Of a stretch of 32,000 nt of DNA, positions 31,124 through 32,000 are shown piece by piece (positions within the stretch are counted from its first letter, which is position 1; each line of letters begins with the position of its first letter). A program made the translations under genes and the position numbers. The notes beneath the pieces are model-generated. The model did not search any database and was not told the origin of the DNA. It saw nothing but the letters and a program-made list of their open reading frames with translations. Location of the stretch: positions 44,173 to 76,172 of the forward strand of contig CAYXZW010000004.1 of the NCBI GenBank assembly GCA_964469905.1, written 5' to 3'. The stretch is from an uncultured Smithella sp. (lineage in GTDB: Bacteria; Desulfobacterota; Syntrophia; Syntrophales; Smithellaceae).

Positions 31124-32000
31124 TTAATTATAGTAATTCAGGAATTTATACTTCGCATCATTAATGGATGCTTCACCTCCTCTTTTTACATATGCAACAT
31201 CGGATAATGTTTGGTTCTCTAATAGTGCTTTGAATACTTGACCAAATTGACTTACAGACAATACTGTAGATTGATTTGCCTTCTCGTCTGCACGTGTAAT
31301 TATACCGACAAAATCTTTTTGTGGTTTTCCTTGTTCAATTAAGAAGACAGGTCCGCCGCTATATCCGCGCAGCAAAGCTTTATTTAAGCTTATAAATTTA
31401 TCATTAGATACAGAGACAAGTACTCTTTCAACTTGTGGGTTATGCTGTGCTGGAAATCCCCACACTTCAACTTTCATCCCAGAAATATTTTCAAAATTAG
31501 TTAACGTCTTTATTGGTAAAGGCGCCTGACGATCTTTGCTGTAGGCTTTTAATACTAGCGGCTTATCTTTGTCGTCTATTGACATAACGCAGAAATCTTC
31601 ATTCATACTGACAATAATCGTGCTTGGCTGAACGCTCAATCCTCCAATAATGATTTCTGACTGGATGAGTGAAATGTTTTTGAAAGTAATTGGATCACCT
31701 TTGTCTGAAATTTTAATCTCCTTTATTTGTGAATTTGGTATTACAACATGCTTAGCTGTTAACACATAAAGTTTACCATTGAATGAAAAAAGCCCCCCTG
31801 CACCATGAACAACATAATCAGCTTTGGATTCCTTATCTTTTATATTTGTTCCTAAAAGATAATGACGCGAAAAAATGCGAATCAACCCTTGGTAACCATC
31901 TTTTTGTTTGGACGATTGCTGTTGGTCAGCTAGTGCCGAATATCCTTGACTTCTTGCTTTTTCCAATATTTGTGATTGCCGGATTTGCTCTGCTTCTTTG
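31124..32000 (-). CDS. trypsin-like (S1 family) serine protease, 5'-truncated by the window edge
   Basis: VLTAKHVV is the catalytic His context, DFCVM holds a candidate Asp, and GYSGGPVF is the GxSGGP catalytic Ser. The track start at 31966 is a TTG, but the frame stays open to nt 32000 (..KEAEQIRQSQILEKARSQ..), so the gene probably begins outside the window. Confidence 0.8.
   Translation of the reverse strand, partial: KEAEQIRQSQILEKARSQGYSALADQQQSSKQKDGYQGLIRIFSRHYLLGTNIKDKESKADYVVHGAGGLFSFNGKLYVLTAKHVVIPNSQIKEIKISDKGDPITFKNISLIQSEIIIGGLSVQPSTIIVSMNEDFCVMSIDDKDKPLVLKAYSKDRQAPLPIKTLTNFENISGMKVEVWGFPAQHNPQVERVLVSVSNDKFISLNKALLRGYSGGPVFLIEQGKPQKDFVGIITRADEKANQSTVLSVSQFGQVFKALLENQTLSDVAYVKRGGEASINDAKYKFLNYYN

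Noticed and set aside
1-32000. CRISPR arrays, tRNA/rRNA genes, IS elements, integrases and prophage structural genes.
   Set aside because: I saw no regularly spaced repeat-spacer arrays and no tRNA-like or rRNA-like sequences in the intergenic regions I read (16269-16577, 19253-19370, 19994-20201, 23369-23552, 30481-31123). No ORF carries DDE transposase or tyrosine/serine recombinase motifs. Mobility of the islands is therefore inferred only from composition and repeats.

Overview
All credible genes in this 32 kb window lie on the minus strand, and the plus-strand ORFs look like antisense shadows. The window reads as a mosaic defence/accessory island. In the direction of transcription (high to low coordinates) it contains the following blocks. 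(1) A 5'-truncated trypsin-like S1 protease. (2) A GC-richer cassette bracketed by imperfect direct repeats of about 50-70 bp, holding an ADP-ribosylglycohydrolase remnant, a McrB-like AAA+ GTPase, McrC and a small coupled ORF. (3) A very AT-rich block of five nuclease- or hydrolase-fold proteins: an HD protein, a protein with a Vsr-like PD-(D/E)xK C-terminus, an HNH-like protein, a Zn-ribbon Tag/EndoIII-like glycosylase and a NucS-like protein. (4) Housekeeping-looking genes: a ComEA-like HhH protein with a terminator, HU/IHF, a secreted NucA-type nuclease and a YhhN membrane protein. (5) The most interesting unit, a tightly packed operon. Its gene order is membrane protein, 382-aa TIR protein, SLOG-SLATT membrane protein, TM-TrkA_N-RyR protein, 988-aa TIR protein with internally duplicated C-terminal modules, then a GmrSD-like DUF262/DUF1524 gene interrupted by one in-frame TGA. 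(6) A decayed DUF2779 copy, a YdjM-like hydrolase, an intact DUF2779 gene, a mini HAD protein, and a coupled beta-CASP MBL nuclease plus PD-(D/E)xK-like partner. I recognised no rRNA, tRNA, CRISPR array, transposase or integrase. The TIR/SLOG-SLATT/TrkA-RyR operon resembles Thoeris in logic (TIR signal producers plus a SLOG-bearing effector). Its gene content does not match any described system that I know of. All family assignments come from motifs read by eye in the translations; no database search was run.
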